DNA from: Phyllobates terribilis
Taxonomy: Eukaryota
DNA length: 64,000 nucleotides
Assembly (NCBI RefSeq): GCF_046119375.1
Contig: NW_027362761.1
Location: forward strand, 1,163,058,001 to 1,163,122,000
Direction of reading: 5' to 3'
How positions within the stretch are numbered: position 1 is the stretch's first letter; each line of letters begins with the position of its first letter. The notes beneath the pieces were generated by a model. That model was not told where the DNA came from. It worked only from the letters and a program-made list of their open reading frames with translations, and did no database searches. Of this stretch, positions 10,909 through 23,186 are shown one piece after another. The position numbers and the translations under genes are program-made.

Positions 10909-10968
10909 AGCACAAACATATAAAGAGACAAAACAGTGACAATTAAAAATATACAAGAGTGCTGCACA

Positions 10969-11034
10969 TCAGATCTTCTCCATCTTTAAGATTAGGTCGT
11001 CGCAGATTTTCGTCAGTTCATCGTTTTCTTTTGT
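10969..11034 (-). CDS. TACC3: TACC3 last coding exon
   Basis: [21 protein letters not shown], 66 nt. Confidence 0.95.
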   Translation of the reverse strand, partial: TKENDELTKICDDLILKMEKI

Positions 11035-14000
11035 CTGAAATAAAATATAATGATTTAATAAAACAGAAAAAAAAAAAAAAGTCACTAAAAATCAAGGGTT
11101 AATAGCAGTCACTCTACAGAACTTAGATCTGTGGGAGTCGCATCCAGACGTCTGCACCCCGCGGTCCGAGAACATAGCGCGATATTCCTGAGGTCCGTGC
11201 TCTGCCCGAATTCATGCGTCCATATGTCACAAAGCGGCAGATCATGCACTGAGAGCTGGTGTCCACCGTTATCAGCCACATGCAAGTCATGGCAGTTATA
11301 TCCATGCTTTTACATTGCACATTTGTTGTGCTTTACTATAAAGAGCAGTCAGGAGCCCACGCCAAGATGGGGGAAGAGGTCCAGCATGTGAAAGACAGCA
11401 CCGCCTTCAGTTAATGCCCCCAAGAAGTAGCCAGGACTATAATCAAAATCAGGAGGGCCGAAGGCGCTGCCCAGATGACCCTTATTAATTCCCAAGGTAT
11501 AGCTGAGAAAGTCTTCATTTTGCACTAGAACCTTAAGGTATGGTCATTTTCTTCAACATGTTGCTGTGACACTACAAGTCCCAGCAATGCATGGTAGAAC
11601 TTAGCCTTAATATCCAGCAACTTGAGCATAACGCTGCTGCAATGGATGGATTGGTCTAAGAAAATTTACACCATTAGAGGGCGCCATAACCAGCAGTCAT
11701 CAGAAGTACAATAAGGGGCTGTCCGGGGATAAGAAAACCTCGCCCGGGGGAGGATGGGGACGGACCGGACGTGTAAAACGTAATATTAATCCTTAACTAC
11801 CAGCGCCCACATGGTACCAGTACAGGCAGCTCAGATGTCTGTGCCGCCGCACGAAATGAAGACATTGTTAAACTAGGGTGCGGACTGTGATTGGCTGCAG
11901 TGGTCAGGTGAGTGAACAGCACTTCATTAATAGAAAGAAAAACATCCATTGACCACTGCACCTGATCACAGGCCTGGCAGCTTTCTGACCCGAGTGATCT
12001 CCACTTCCTGTGTCTGTGCAGACCTCAAGACAGCCTGCGCTGGATCCAGGTGGGTGCTGGTGAGCATAAAAGAGGTACTTATTACACACACACAGTCATA
12101 ACATTCCACAACATTCCACAACATTCCACAACATTCCACAACATTCCACAACATTCCACAACATTCCACAACATTCCACAACATTCCACAACATTCCACA
12201 ACATTCCACAACATTCCACAACATTCCACAACATTCCCACCCGGCAGGCATCATTAGTGAGCCCTCACCTTCTGCTCCAGGCTGCGTTCTAGGGACTGCG
12301 TCTTCATCTGCTCCTTGCGTAGTGTGGCCTGCAGAGCTGTCGCTTCAGCTTTGGCTTTGCTTCGTACTTGAGCAATTTCCTCATTAGCCCTATAAAAGAT
12401 TGAGACCATGGATACAATTCCAATATATCTGAATGTGTAGGATCTGGACTTTACAACCGTGAGACATTAAGACAAATCCATTAAAAAAAAAATAATGGAA
12501 GAGCCAAAATGTCCTTTAACCCCTTCCCGATGAGATGTAATCGTACATCATGAGTGGGATTAGGCATTCGGAAAGGAAAAAAATAAATAAATCTGACATG
12601 TGCATGGCCCCACAAACTAACATTGGTCCAGGTGCGATCTGATGTTTTTTTTGCACAGAAAATAGTCATCTGCACGAGCCCCAAACTGATCACTTACCGG
12701 TTCAGCTTCTCTTCTGCGTGGGCCTTAAGGGCCTGATAGCGCTGCTCCTCTTTCTTTATCCTTACAAGATAATCTTCAACACATTTCTTCAGGGCCTCTT
12801 CATTCTATTAAAAAAAAGTGGAATAAAACCAGATCAAAAAGACAAATGTACTGCTGAAAAAGTCATCGGGTCCCAAAATAAACAAAAAAAAAAAAACAAG
12901 CCGCCATAAAGCTCCGTCAGTGTAGAAATAGTTACAGCTCTCAGAATAAACCAATGCAAATATAATAGATTTTTTTAAATTATGTAAAAGCGCAAAAGTA
13001 AATAAAAAGATACCAGTGCGGCATCTATGCAATTACAGACCAAGAATAAAGTTGTCAGAACACTTACCACACAGCAAAAGGCATGTAATAAAAAATTCTG
13101 AGCTGCTGGTTCTTGTTCATTCTGTCTTCCAAAGAGCTCAGTAGCTCACATTTATCCTGTGCTCTGCGCTGAGCGCTTACACCGGGGTTTCCGTGAAATC
13201 TCTGAAATATGCGATTCAGATGGAACTACTGGCGGAAGATTCCCTATAATCAGGGAGATTGAGACACTGGACGATGTCTGCCCCATGATCCGGTGGTGTC
13301 AGTCTTTTTATTAGGTATGCATAAAAGTGCCGTCTGCCACAGTTTTGTGCACTTCTGAAAAGGACAATGCTGAACTGAGGCCAGATGGAGTCCAGAGTAA
13401 CTCTGCTGCCTCAGTGAATGGATCTGTCGGGGGTTTCATATGAATCACGTCACCAGGAAATTTCGATGGAAACCCAGATATCAGCGCAGAATAAATGTGA
13501 TCCAAAATGCTATGTAAAGTGTTACCAATAAAAGCTTCAACCCAATCATATCATCATATCTATATCTATGACAGACCACTCAGGTTTGTGATCTGTTAAT
13601 GGAAATCTAGGGGGCTTCCACATTACTGGTAGCACAAAGGCTCTGGAAATGCGAAATGGCTCCTTGCCCTCCAAAAGAAATTCAGCAAACTCTGCGCTCC
13701 CAAATCCAAATGCCCTCTCCCTTCTGATTCCCAGTGTGCCTAAACCACACTTAGTGTACACGTTTGGCATTTCTGTAGCGATGAGAGCCCGCCTAATTTA
13801 CAGGTGCATGTCTCCAGAAGCACGAGCTGGGCATAATGTACTGGGCACTACAATGGCAGATTTGCAATCTTCACTCCGCAACATCCGCTGCTGCTTGTTT
13901 CTGGAAAACACCCATGGAGTCAAAACAGTCACTACACCTGTAGATAAATTCACAAAGGAGTATAATTTCCAAAATGGGGTAATTTAAGGGGGGATTCTGC

Positions 14001-15009
14001 TCTTCTAGCACTTAGGGACTCTGTATATGAAGTCCGCAAACTAGTCTAGTAAAATGTGCTTCAAGAGTTCAATAGCGCTCCGTACCTCCCGAGTCTTGTC
14101 GTGTGGCTAAGCAGTACTGTACTGCCACATATGGGGTATTGCCACATTCAGTAAAAATTGGGGGACAAATCTGATCCATTTTCCTGAGCGAAAAATGTAA
14201 AATCTGGGGCCAAAGAAATATTTTGGTGGTAAAAATGAAATTCTCTCATCACTGCCCAATGGTATAAAATTCTGTGAAAACCTGTGGTGTCAATATGATC
14301 ACTGCACCCCTAGATGAATTCATTAAGACGTGTAGTTTGCAAAATGGGGTCGCCTATTCTGGCACCTCATGGGCTCTGCCAATGTGACATGGCACCCTCA
14401 AACCAGTCCAGCAAAATCTGACCACCAATATGGTGTTTCTTCCCTTTTGAGCTTTGCACTAAATTTTTTAATGACTCAGTTTACTGTTATACAATTCTGT
14501 GAATCGCCTGAGGCTCAAAAATGGCCACTACAAACCTAGATTAAATTCCTCCAGAGGTATAGTTTCCAAAATGGGGTCACTTGTGGGGGTTTCTGCCGTT
14601 TTGGCATGTCAGGGGCTCTTCTGCAAACTATTCCAGCCAAAATTGCATTCCAAAAATCAATGGGCTCTCCTTCCCTTCCGAGCCATGCGCCCAAACAGTA
14701 GTTTTCCCCCCCATATATGTGGCATCTGCGTGCTCTTGTATGGTTTGTTGGGGGGAAAAAAAAAAAAAAAAAAAAATCAGCAGTTTTCTCAAAAGTTAGG
14801 GTTAAAAGTTTAGGTTTCAAAAATGACGCTGATGTAAAGTAGACTTGTGGGAAATGTTAAGTATTTTGTGTGATCTTGCCCTCTGGTTTAAGGGCATAAA
14901 TACTGCAAATTTTTTTTAAAAATTTTGGCCAATATTTTCACACTAAAAAAAAAAAAAAAAAAAATTTAACTAAAATTTACCACTACCATAAAGTACAAGG
15001 TCACAAAAG

Positions 15010-15044
<35 letters not shown>

Positions 15045-18000
15045 AGAATCACCGGGATCCACTGAAACATTCCATAGTTATCACCACAAGTGACACTGGT
15101 CAGAAATGTAAAATTTGGCCAGGTCATGAATGTGAGAACAGACTTGGGGGTGAATGAATTCAGGATCTCTTAACCCACCGCTCCCTCCTTCATTAAGACT
15201 GGAGGGTCTTAATGAATTGGCCCCATTGTCTTTTAAGGGGAGGAGTGTATGGTGCCACGCAAGAATTGGGCCTTAATGCAAATTTATGGCGCATTATATC
15301 ATTGCGGGATATTACTGCTGACAGAGGAGGCTCAGGAGTTACCTTGCGATATCCTTCCAGAAAGTCCTTCTGCTTCTCAAATCTTTTGAAGAGCTCTGAG
15401 AAGGATTTCTCCATGGAGTTGAGGTCCATCTGCACCTGCTGCTTCTCCTCCACCACTTTGTGTAGTTCTTGTTTGCTCAGCTCCTTCTGTCTTTGTGAAT
15501 CCACTGTAGAACAGAAGACGTCATTTCCAAAAGTGGTTAAAATGTAAAGCCCTAAAGAAGGAGCAACTAATGTTGGAGGGAAAAAAAGTGGCATCAGAAG
15601 GGGCTGGCTGGAATTTTCTATACATGATTGCTTGGAGTTTGCAGGGTCCAGACTGCACCAATCAATACAACCAAGGGCCGAGTCACAGAACCAGGTACAG
15701 CTACATCTGTACATACACTGCATGGTCCGTCCTAACACAATGTTGTCATAAGAGGAATTATCTCTGACCATATGAAATCCACCATACATTCGTACGCACC
15801 CAGCATCTGTGTGATTGTGCTCTCAAACTCTGCAACAATTTTCCTAAAGAAAAAAAAAAAAAAAAGTGAAACAAAATTTAGATATAAAAAAATAAAAATA
15901 CAAAAAAAAAAACAAACAAAAAAGCACTGAATAATCTTGCTTGCTCCTAGGCTGGACTAAGATTTGTCCAAGCCTGGCTTAAAAGGGGTTGTCCAGTTTA
16001 GAAAAACTATTTTTATCTACTTCTATTAGAAGACAGTCCTAGTCTCTTGGCTAGAAATCCCCCCCTCTCTGGAGGACCTGTACTGTTTTACCATGCACAG
16101 ACCATCCATTAGTATGAATGGCCACAGTGTAATGTTTTATTTCCCCTGTGATGGCACTGCAGGGAAAAATGAAAAAATAAATAAAATAAAAACATTTTGG
16201 CCTCTAGCTAGTGATTACATGTTGGAAAAAGCTAGTGGCGTATACTATAGGTAAACTGCAGCAGTGGAGCTCTGGCTGTCAACCATTTAGCTGCTGCTGT
16301 CAACCATTTAGCTGCTGCTGTCAACTGCTGACTGCAACATTTACATAGAATGCTGGAAGGTGAGAGCAGCGTCTCACAATCGTGCCTGTCCCTTGAGATG
16401 CACTTACAGGGCACCAACGGGTTATCATGGCGGCTGGGGGATCATGGTGAAGACCCTCGTAGTTGCCATCTTGGTATTCCTGTAAGGCCAAGCCACAGGC
16501 TGAGCTTTATAAATAGACCATGATTTCCTCTATCTCTAGATTAGATTTTTTTTTTTTTGATTTCCATAAGGGGTTTGAACCAGATTGCTTGCATCAATTA
16601 TGTATTTCATGCAGTGGTGCACGGAATCTGGAAGTGCGTATAAAGCGCCAATCTTGATGAATTGGGGGACCTTCGGCTTCTTCTCCTGAAAACGTACCCC
16701 ATTTCTAAATATTCCAAGTAGAGTTTCTCATGTTTATTCTTCCACTCCAAAACTTCTAAATCTTTTTCTTTAACCTAAATCCATGAAATGACAGAAAGAA
16801 AAAATATATTATAAAAAGAGATAGAAATACACAAATCTACAGCAGTTTACACTGTAGTGTATAGTCACAGTGCATCCTGGTTACCCGAATTGAAGGGTCT
16901 CTGCCAGATCCAGTCACACGAGTCTGCAGCAGAAATTTAAGAAAAAAAAAAAAAACCCTATCATATGATAATATACTCAAAACATTGATGCCTGGTACAT
17001 TCCAAGAGCAATAAAAAATGTGTGGGAAAAAAGTTAAGATTTGATATCTTTCCATTTACAGAGTAGTGTCGGGGATGGAATTGTGTGGTCACATGTAGGT
17101 TACTACAACAAATTTGGAGGTACACGTCATTTTAATCATTCACTGCATTTTTTTTTTTTTTTCCTACATATATATATTTTTTTAAATAAAGTGTATGCAT
17201 ATATCATCATTTTATGTGAAATTCCTTTAATCTGGGATTCTATAATAAACAGCTCATAGTCCAGCAAAAGACCGCAATAAAATGTGCAGTTTTCTGCTGG
17301 ATTGCATCTGGCACTGTGGTATGTACTATGCATTTTGATGCATAGGTCTGCGCTATAAAATACCAGAAAATCTATGGACAAGAAATATATATTATAATGT
17401 ACAGCTACATGGGACTGAAAAAAACCAAAAACAAAACAAAAAAAAAAACTTGCAGCGAGCAATCACCGAAATCTGAATATTCAGTAAAAATCGCGATTTT
17501 TGATCTGCACGCATTTCAGGTCAGTAGGACACAGGTGTCTGATCCAGACATGGGACCTGGCCACCGCCTCCTCCATAAATCAGGCACAGTCACTCACCTC
17601 CAGCCTGACTTGCTCTATAGCGGCGTCCATGTCTATCTGGCTGTATTTCAGCACTTCCACGATGGCCCCCACATCAGACGGCAGCAGGAAAGGGTCAGGA
17701 GCCGGCACGATGTTTGTGGGGTCTGGAATTAAGGGAGCGTTGTCCTGTGGAGTAAGAAGACTATTGAGCCGGCTGTGGAGTGTAACCGGATACCATGGTG
17801 CGGTGACTGCTGCTATAGTGACAGGAGGAGACGGCTGCACCCAGGAGGGAAGCTGCAGGTACACGGACGCTGAAGACATGGGCAGTGTCACTGCTTCCTT
17901 CCTGTGCAGGCAGTGTGCAGGACACTGGAGCTCCAGCAAGCGTACAGGAACAGCTTTCATGGGCTGTTCTGTGAGCGGTGACTGTAGCAGCTCTGTGCAC

Positions 18001-21000
18001 GCCTCTAGGACTGAAAGCCGGCGGCTCCTGGGAGGAAAGAAATTAATTTTCTACCAGTAGCTGCACTTTCAGTATAGAGGCCAGGAAGAGTTGTAAGGCT
18101 ATATACCTGCAGGTTAGAGTTGTCCCAAGGTGACAGGTCCCATTAAGATATAGAGGACCTACCCTTAGGATATCAGATTGGGTACAAACACCCAGCACCT
18201 CCACCGATCAGCTCTGGATTAAAAGTAAACGGGGGCCATACAGCACAGCCATGTATTGTAGTCATTCCCAGGTACCGCTCAGATCATGTTCACTTCAATG
18301 GGAGCTGAGCCACAGTACGCAGGAGTGACCACATCATAATTTATGGAGATGTGGTGGGATGCCAGACCCTATTCCGATGGATATCGATATGTCCCATGGA
18401 CAGATCAATGGCAAACCTAGAAATACATTTAAAAAGGGGTATACCCATCTCCAAGATCCTATCCCAATATGTAGTAGGCTTAATATTAGCAAATACCTCC
18501 AATTAGAAATGTAGTATAATAGTTCTGTTTCGCTATGTCGCTTACCCTATGTGCAGGGCATTGCAGGACCTTAGATATCCATGGTTATGGCCATTAACAA
18601 CTAAAGGTCACTGTATGAGTGGTCGTAACCATGGATACCCAAGCTACTGCAATGTCCTGCACAAGGGGTAAGCAACGTAGCCAATCAGAAGAACTATCCT
18701 ACATTTCTAATTAGACGTATTTAATAATGTTACTACTACACCTACTACATATTGGGATAGGATCTTAGAGATGGGAATACCCCTATAATGTCTGAGAAGA
18801 GAACACTTTAAAGTCTGCAATAAACTTGTTTAACAGGACTGACGCTGGCATAACTTACTTGCAGGCACAAAAAAAAAAAAAAAGTGTTACTTACAGAGAT
18901 GGTAAAAGTCCCCAGGAGATCGAGTCCTTTAGGCTTTTCCTCGTTTTCAAGGCACAGAGTCAAAGGAAACGATGATTCAGGAAAAGATCCGAAGAGCTCT
19001 GTCCTGAAAGGGTTGAGTAACGTTACGTGTCGGCCTCACCTTAGACGTCTGCCACCACCTGGCGCCGTGCCCCTTACCCGCTCCGTAGCGGCACATCGCA
19101 CACTATGGCTGTGCTGGGAGCCGCAGACTTCTTGGGTGACTCTCTGAGCAGGGGGTCGAATTTCAGGTACAGGGACTGCTTTCGGAGAGCAGATTCTTTG
19201 AACTACAAAAGACCAGAAAGGGCGAAGGATTTTTTTTTTTGTAAATTCCATGTCAGGACGGACAGACAGACAATAGCCGGGACAGGTCATAAATAATTCA
19301 CTGACAATGGGAACAGAGATGTGAAAGTGGAGGAGACTTACTGAAGTGGAGCCGAAGTTCTCCAAATAGTCAATTTCAATTGGTTGGCCAAAGCCTTCCA
19401 CTGTAAGAAAGGAAGACAACAACGGTTACCCCGAGAAGTAAAATAAGCAGAAAGCGTTCATCTCGATGGACCAACCGCCACTCCTTACATTCAGTCGCGG
19501 GCTTGAAGTCAAACTCCTCTGCAGGCCTGAAGTCAGTCTGAAGGGCGGCACCGAAATCTGTGTCCACTAATCCCACGTTAGCGGGTAGCGCAGTATATTC
19601 TGGGGTCATAAGGGTCTTAGAGGATTGGTCTTCAGTCTGTGCAGCAGCAATTTCTTCAGTTGCCATCTTCACATCATCATCAACCTGAGGAGGTAACACA
19701 GGAACATGTCAGGACGCTGTTATAAGGTGATTAGCAGACAATCCCACCAGAGCATTACTCCACATCAAGATCTCTGGAGATGACTTGTTACCTTGAGATT
19801 GTTGATTATTGTTCAACAATTTTGGTTCTCAAGTCCTCAGACAGTTCTCTTCTCCTCTTTCTGTTCTCCATGCTTAGTGTGGCACGCACAGACACACAAT
19901 GCAAAGATTGAGTCAACTTCTCCCCTTTTTATCTGGCTTCAGGTTTTTATATTTCCCACACCTGTTACTTGCCACAGGCGAGTTTGAACGAGCATGACAT
20001 GCTTGAAACAGTTTACCCACAATTTTGGAAAGGTGCCAACAAATTGTCTGACTCATTTTTCAGGTTTTGTGAGATTATGTCCAAGTTGCCTGTTTTTTTC
20101 TTTTTTAGATGCGTTGTTCCAATACACAGAGGAGATGAATATGTAAGCAGAGCACCAGATGGTGTGCCCCCCCCCCCTTCCTCAGGCTGACACGAAGCAC
20201 GGGCATATCATTATCTCCAAATTGAAAGTAAAGATTACACAAGAACCACAGGACAGATTTCATCAACCAAGATATCATTTTAATCAGTGTAATGTCACCC
20301 ACCTCACAGTATATGTGGTTTACTGAGCACAATCCTACTGACAGGTGCGCTTTATATGGGTAAAATTGCAAAGTGCTTGTAAAGAACAAGAAACTTTTCA
20401 ATATTCTTATTAAAAGAAAAAAAATCCCTCAATTATTGAGCATACAGTAGTTTTATTTTTGCAGTTACTGCTAGTTATTTAGGTTACAGGCCACCTCTGC
20501 GGTCCATCAGCAGAGGCCGGTCTCTGTGGCAAGGAGCGCTCAGCTGCAAGCTCTTTGCATTACAATTTAGAAGTGCAGCTAGCCAGATGGCTGGTATCTG
20601 ACTGGCCTCAGTGCCCCTGCACTCCTCCCATTCTGCTGATCTGAACTGTCAATCATTAGGAGCGCACTGCCCCCTGACAAGCAGCAAGCCAGCAGACAAT
20701 GGAGCGATGCACTCCTGAAGAAAGGAGCCTAGACAATCACTTGGATATTAGTCCTCCTCCCAGGCAACCAACTAATCAAGCGCCTCAGCGGTCAAGTGTT
20801 GTACAGAAGTCACAGTAGAGTGCAGCGATTGGCTGCAGCGGTCACAAACAAATTAGGAGATCTTGTTACTTCCAGGACACGCATGGGCCACGAGCGACAG
20901 CAATGAAGCAGTAGGGATTAAGTCATTCTTAGATAAATGAAGACTTCTCACCTTGTTCTCCTGTGTGACATCTCCAGTCTTGTCTTCAGCTGCACCGGGC

Positions 21001-23155
21001 TGCTCGACAGTTCTACAATACAGAAGCAAGGCTTAGGCTGCACTGTAAAGTCACAACTAGATTTCATGCAGAAACTACTTGAGATATTTTCATAACATCT
21101 TCTGCTTAAACCCTGAAGACCAGAGTCAGACCTCTGCCCCCTGAGCCGTGGTAGTGGCTGACTTATTGGTCTGACTTTTTGCCCTCCAGCCCCCATACAT
21201 AGTCTAATTCACAAAGGTCTTACATCTCAGTGTTTCCCGATGTATCACCATCAGCCTTCTTACTCGACTCCAAGTCTTCACCAGCGTCTGCTTTAGGTGG
21301 ACTGTCCTCCATCTTCACGCATAGGGCATTGCCGGCCACTTTCATCGCTTCGGGGGAACCGGTAATCTTTGTCCCTCCGCTTCCGAACGGATTGAAGTTG
21401 GGATCGTCAAACTTGTCCCAGTCAAAGTTATAAGAAGCTTTGGGAACAATGATGTCTTCTTCAGGTTCTGACAGCTGAGGAGGAGCTTGTTCCTTAGGTT
21501 TCTCTGGCACGGTTACCTTGGGTGCAGCTTTTTTCTTGGGCAACGATTTGACACCAAGACGCTTTCCCAACAATTTGGGTGGTGGCTTTTTGACAGCAGC
21601 ATCACCTCCTTCTGCAAAGTCAAACTCCAGTTTTAACGGCTCACCTTTAGGATCGTCCGTATTTGCAGAAACTGGTTTCTTAGGGGAATTTTGCAGCTTT
21701 GACCCACCAGTATTAAAGGGATCAATACAATCAGTTTGGTCAGGGTCAAATTTGTAGGCAGCTTTTGGGAGTGGGGGAGAACTTGGCACATCTGGTGGTG
21801 ATGTATAGTCATCCACACCATTAGGGTTTTGTACCACTCCTGCAGCAATGGTGTCCACACTAACACCTTCTGCCTCTTTTAGAGGACTACTCTTATCTAC
21901 AGTGTCACCTGCTGCCATATGTGATGGCTCCTCTGGGGCAGGGTTAGACTCCTCAGTTAGAGGAACTGTATCATCTAGAGAAGCTTTACTGGACACCTCA
22001 TCACTTCCAGGGCAGAGCTGTACCGTGACTGGAGAATCTGGATTTAATTGGGTAGCCCGCAATACAGACATCGTTTGATCAACGAGAGTAGCGTCAACAG
22101 GAGCCTCTGACACGCTCTTCACCTCCAAGTGTGGGGGAGGCTCGGCCAGGAGACCGGCAGCAGGCTCGGCCAGGAGACCGGCAGCAGGCTCGGCCAGGAG
22201 ACCGGCAGCAGGCTCGGCCAGGAGACCGGCAGCAGGCTCGGCCAGGAGACCGGCAGCAGGCTCGGCCAGGAGACCGGCAGCAGGCTCGGCCAGGAGACCG
22301 GCAGCAGGCTCGGCCAGGAGACCGGCAGCAGGCTCGGCCAGGAGACCGGCAGCAGGCTCGGCTTTCGCAGGCGAATCCATCATTTTATTCCCGCTTTTGA
22401 AAGGATTGATATCACCTAGGTTGTCAAAATCAATTGTGTACGCTCCCATGCTCATCAACTGAATCTCATCTTCAGGAAGGGTGGTGAGCTCACTTGTAAT
22501 ATTGGGGTCTCCTGAATTCAAACTGGGAAGGGAATGGAAATAAAAAATAGTAAGTCAGTAATTAGTAATACATGAAAATCTTGTCTTTTAAAAAAAAACA
22601 CACAACTACGCACACCGTAATTTACCATCTTTAAAGGGTTTGCTCACTATATTGAAAATCGGTGGCCAATTCTTAGGATGTCCTCAATATCAGATCATTG
22701 AGGGAGGGGGGGGGGGGGGGATGGGTGGTGGGATCTGACACCCAGCATCCCCACCGATCAAGTCTTACAAGCTCCAGTACTTGACAATGACCACCAGAGT
22801 GTCCTGGCTCTGTACAATGTATTTTCAGCCGCCACTGGACCCGTTATCAGCTGATCGGTCATCCTGGACCCCCCCCCCCCTTTAAAAACCTGACTGTAAA
22901 TACTGCCGTGACTAAGTGTTCGCTCTTCTCTTTATGCCAGCAGTTTGACAGCCTCCTAGTTAGGGCACATTAATCGGATGACAGGAAGTGTTATGTGAGT
23001 CACTTTAGCATTTTTTAGTGAATTAGGACTCAAAAACTTGGGCAAAAAAAACAACCAGAACCCATATACTGTCCAAGTAAAATATCATGGGGGAGGCACT
23101 TGTGCCCAGAGCATTGCCGGCATCACTGATCTTACTGCCGCCTAAAATTAACCCC

Positions 23156-23186
<31 letters not shown>

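Noticed and set aside
11123-11391. Possible alternative last exon or small ORF in the TACC3 last intron
   Set aside because: The only good acceptor is followed at once by TAA, and no frame resembles a known protein.
11571-11590. ZNF143/SBS promoter motif ACTACAAGTCCCAGCA (also near 40079)
   Set aside because: Far from any TSS and typical of dispersed MITE remnants.
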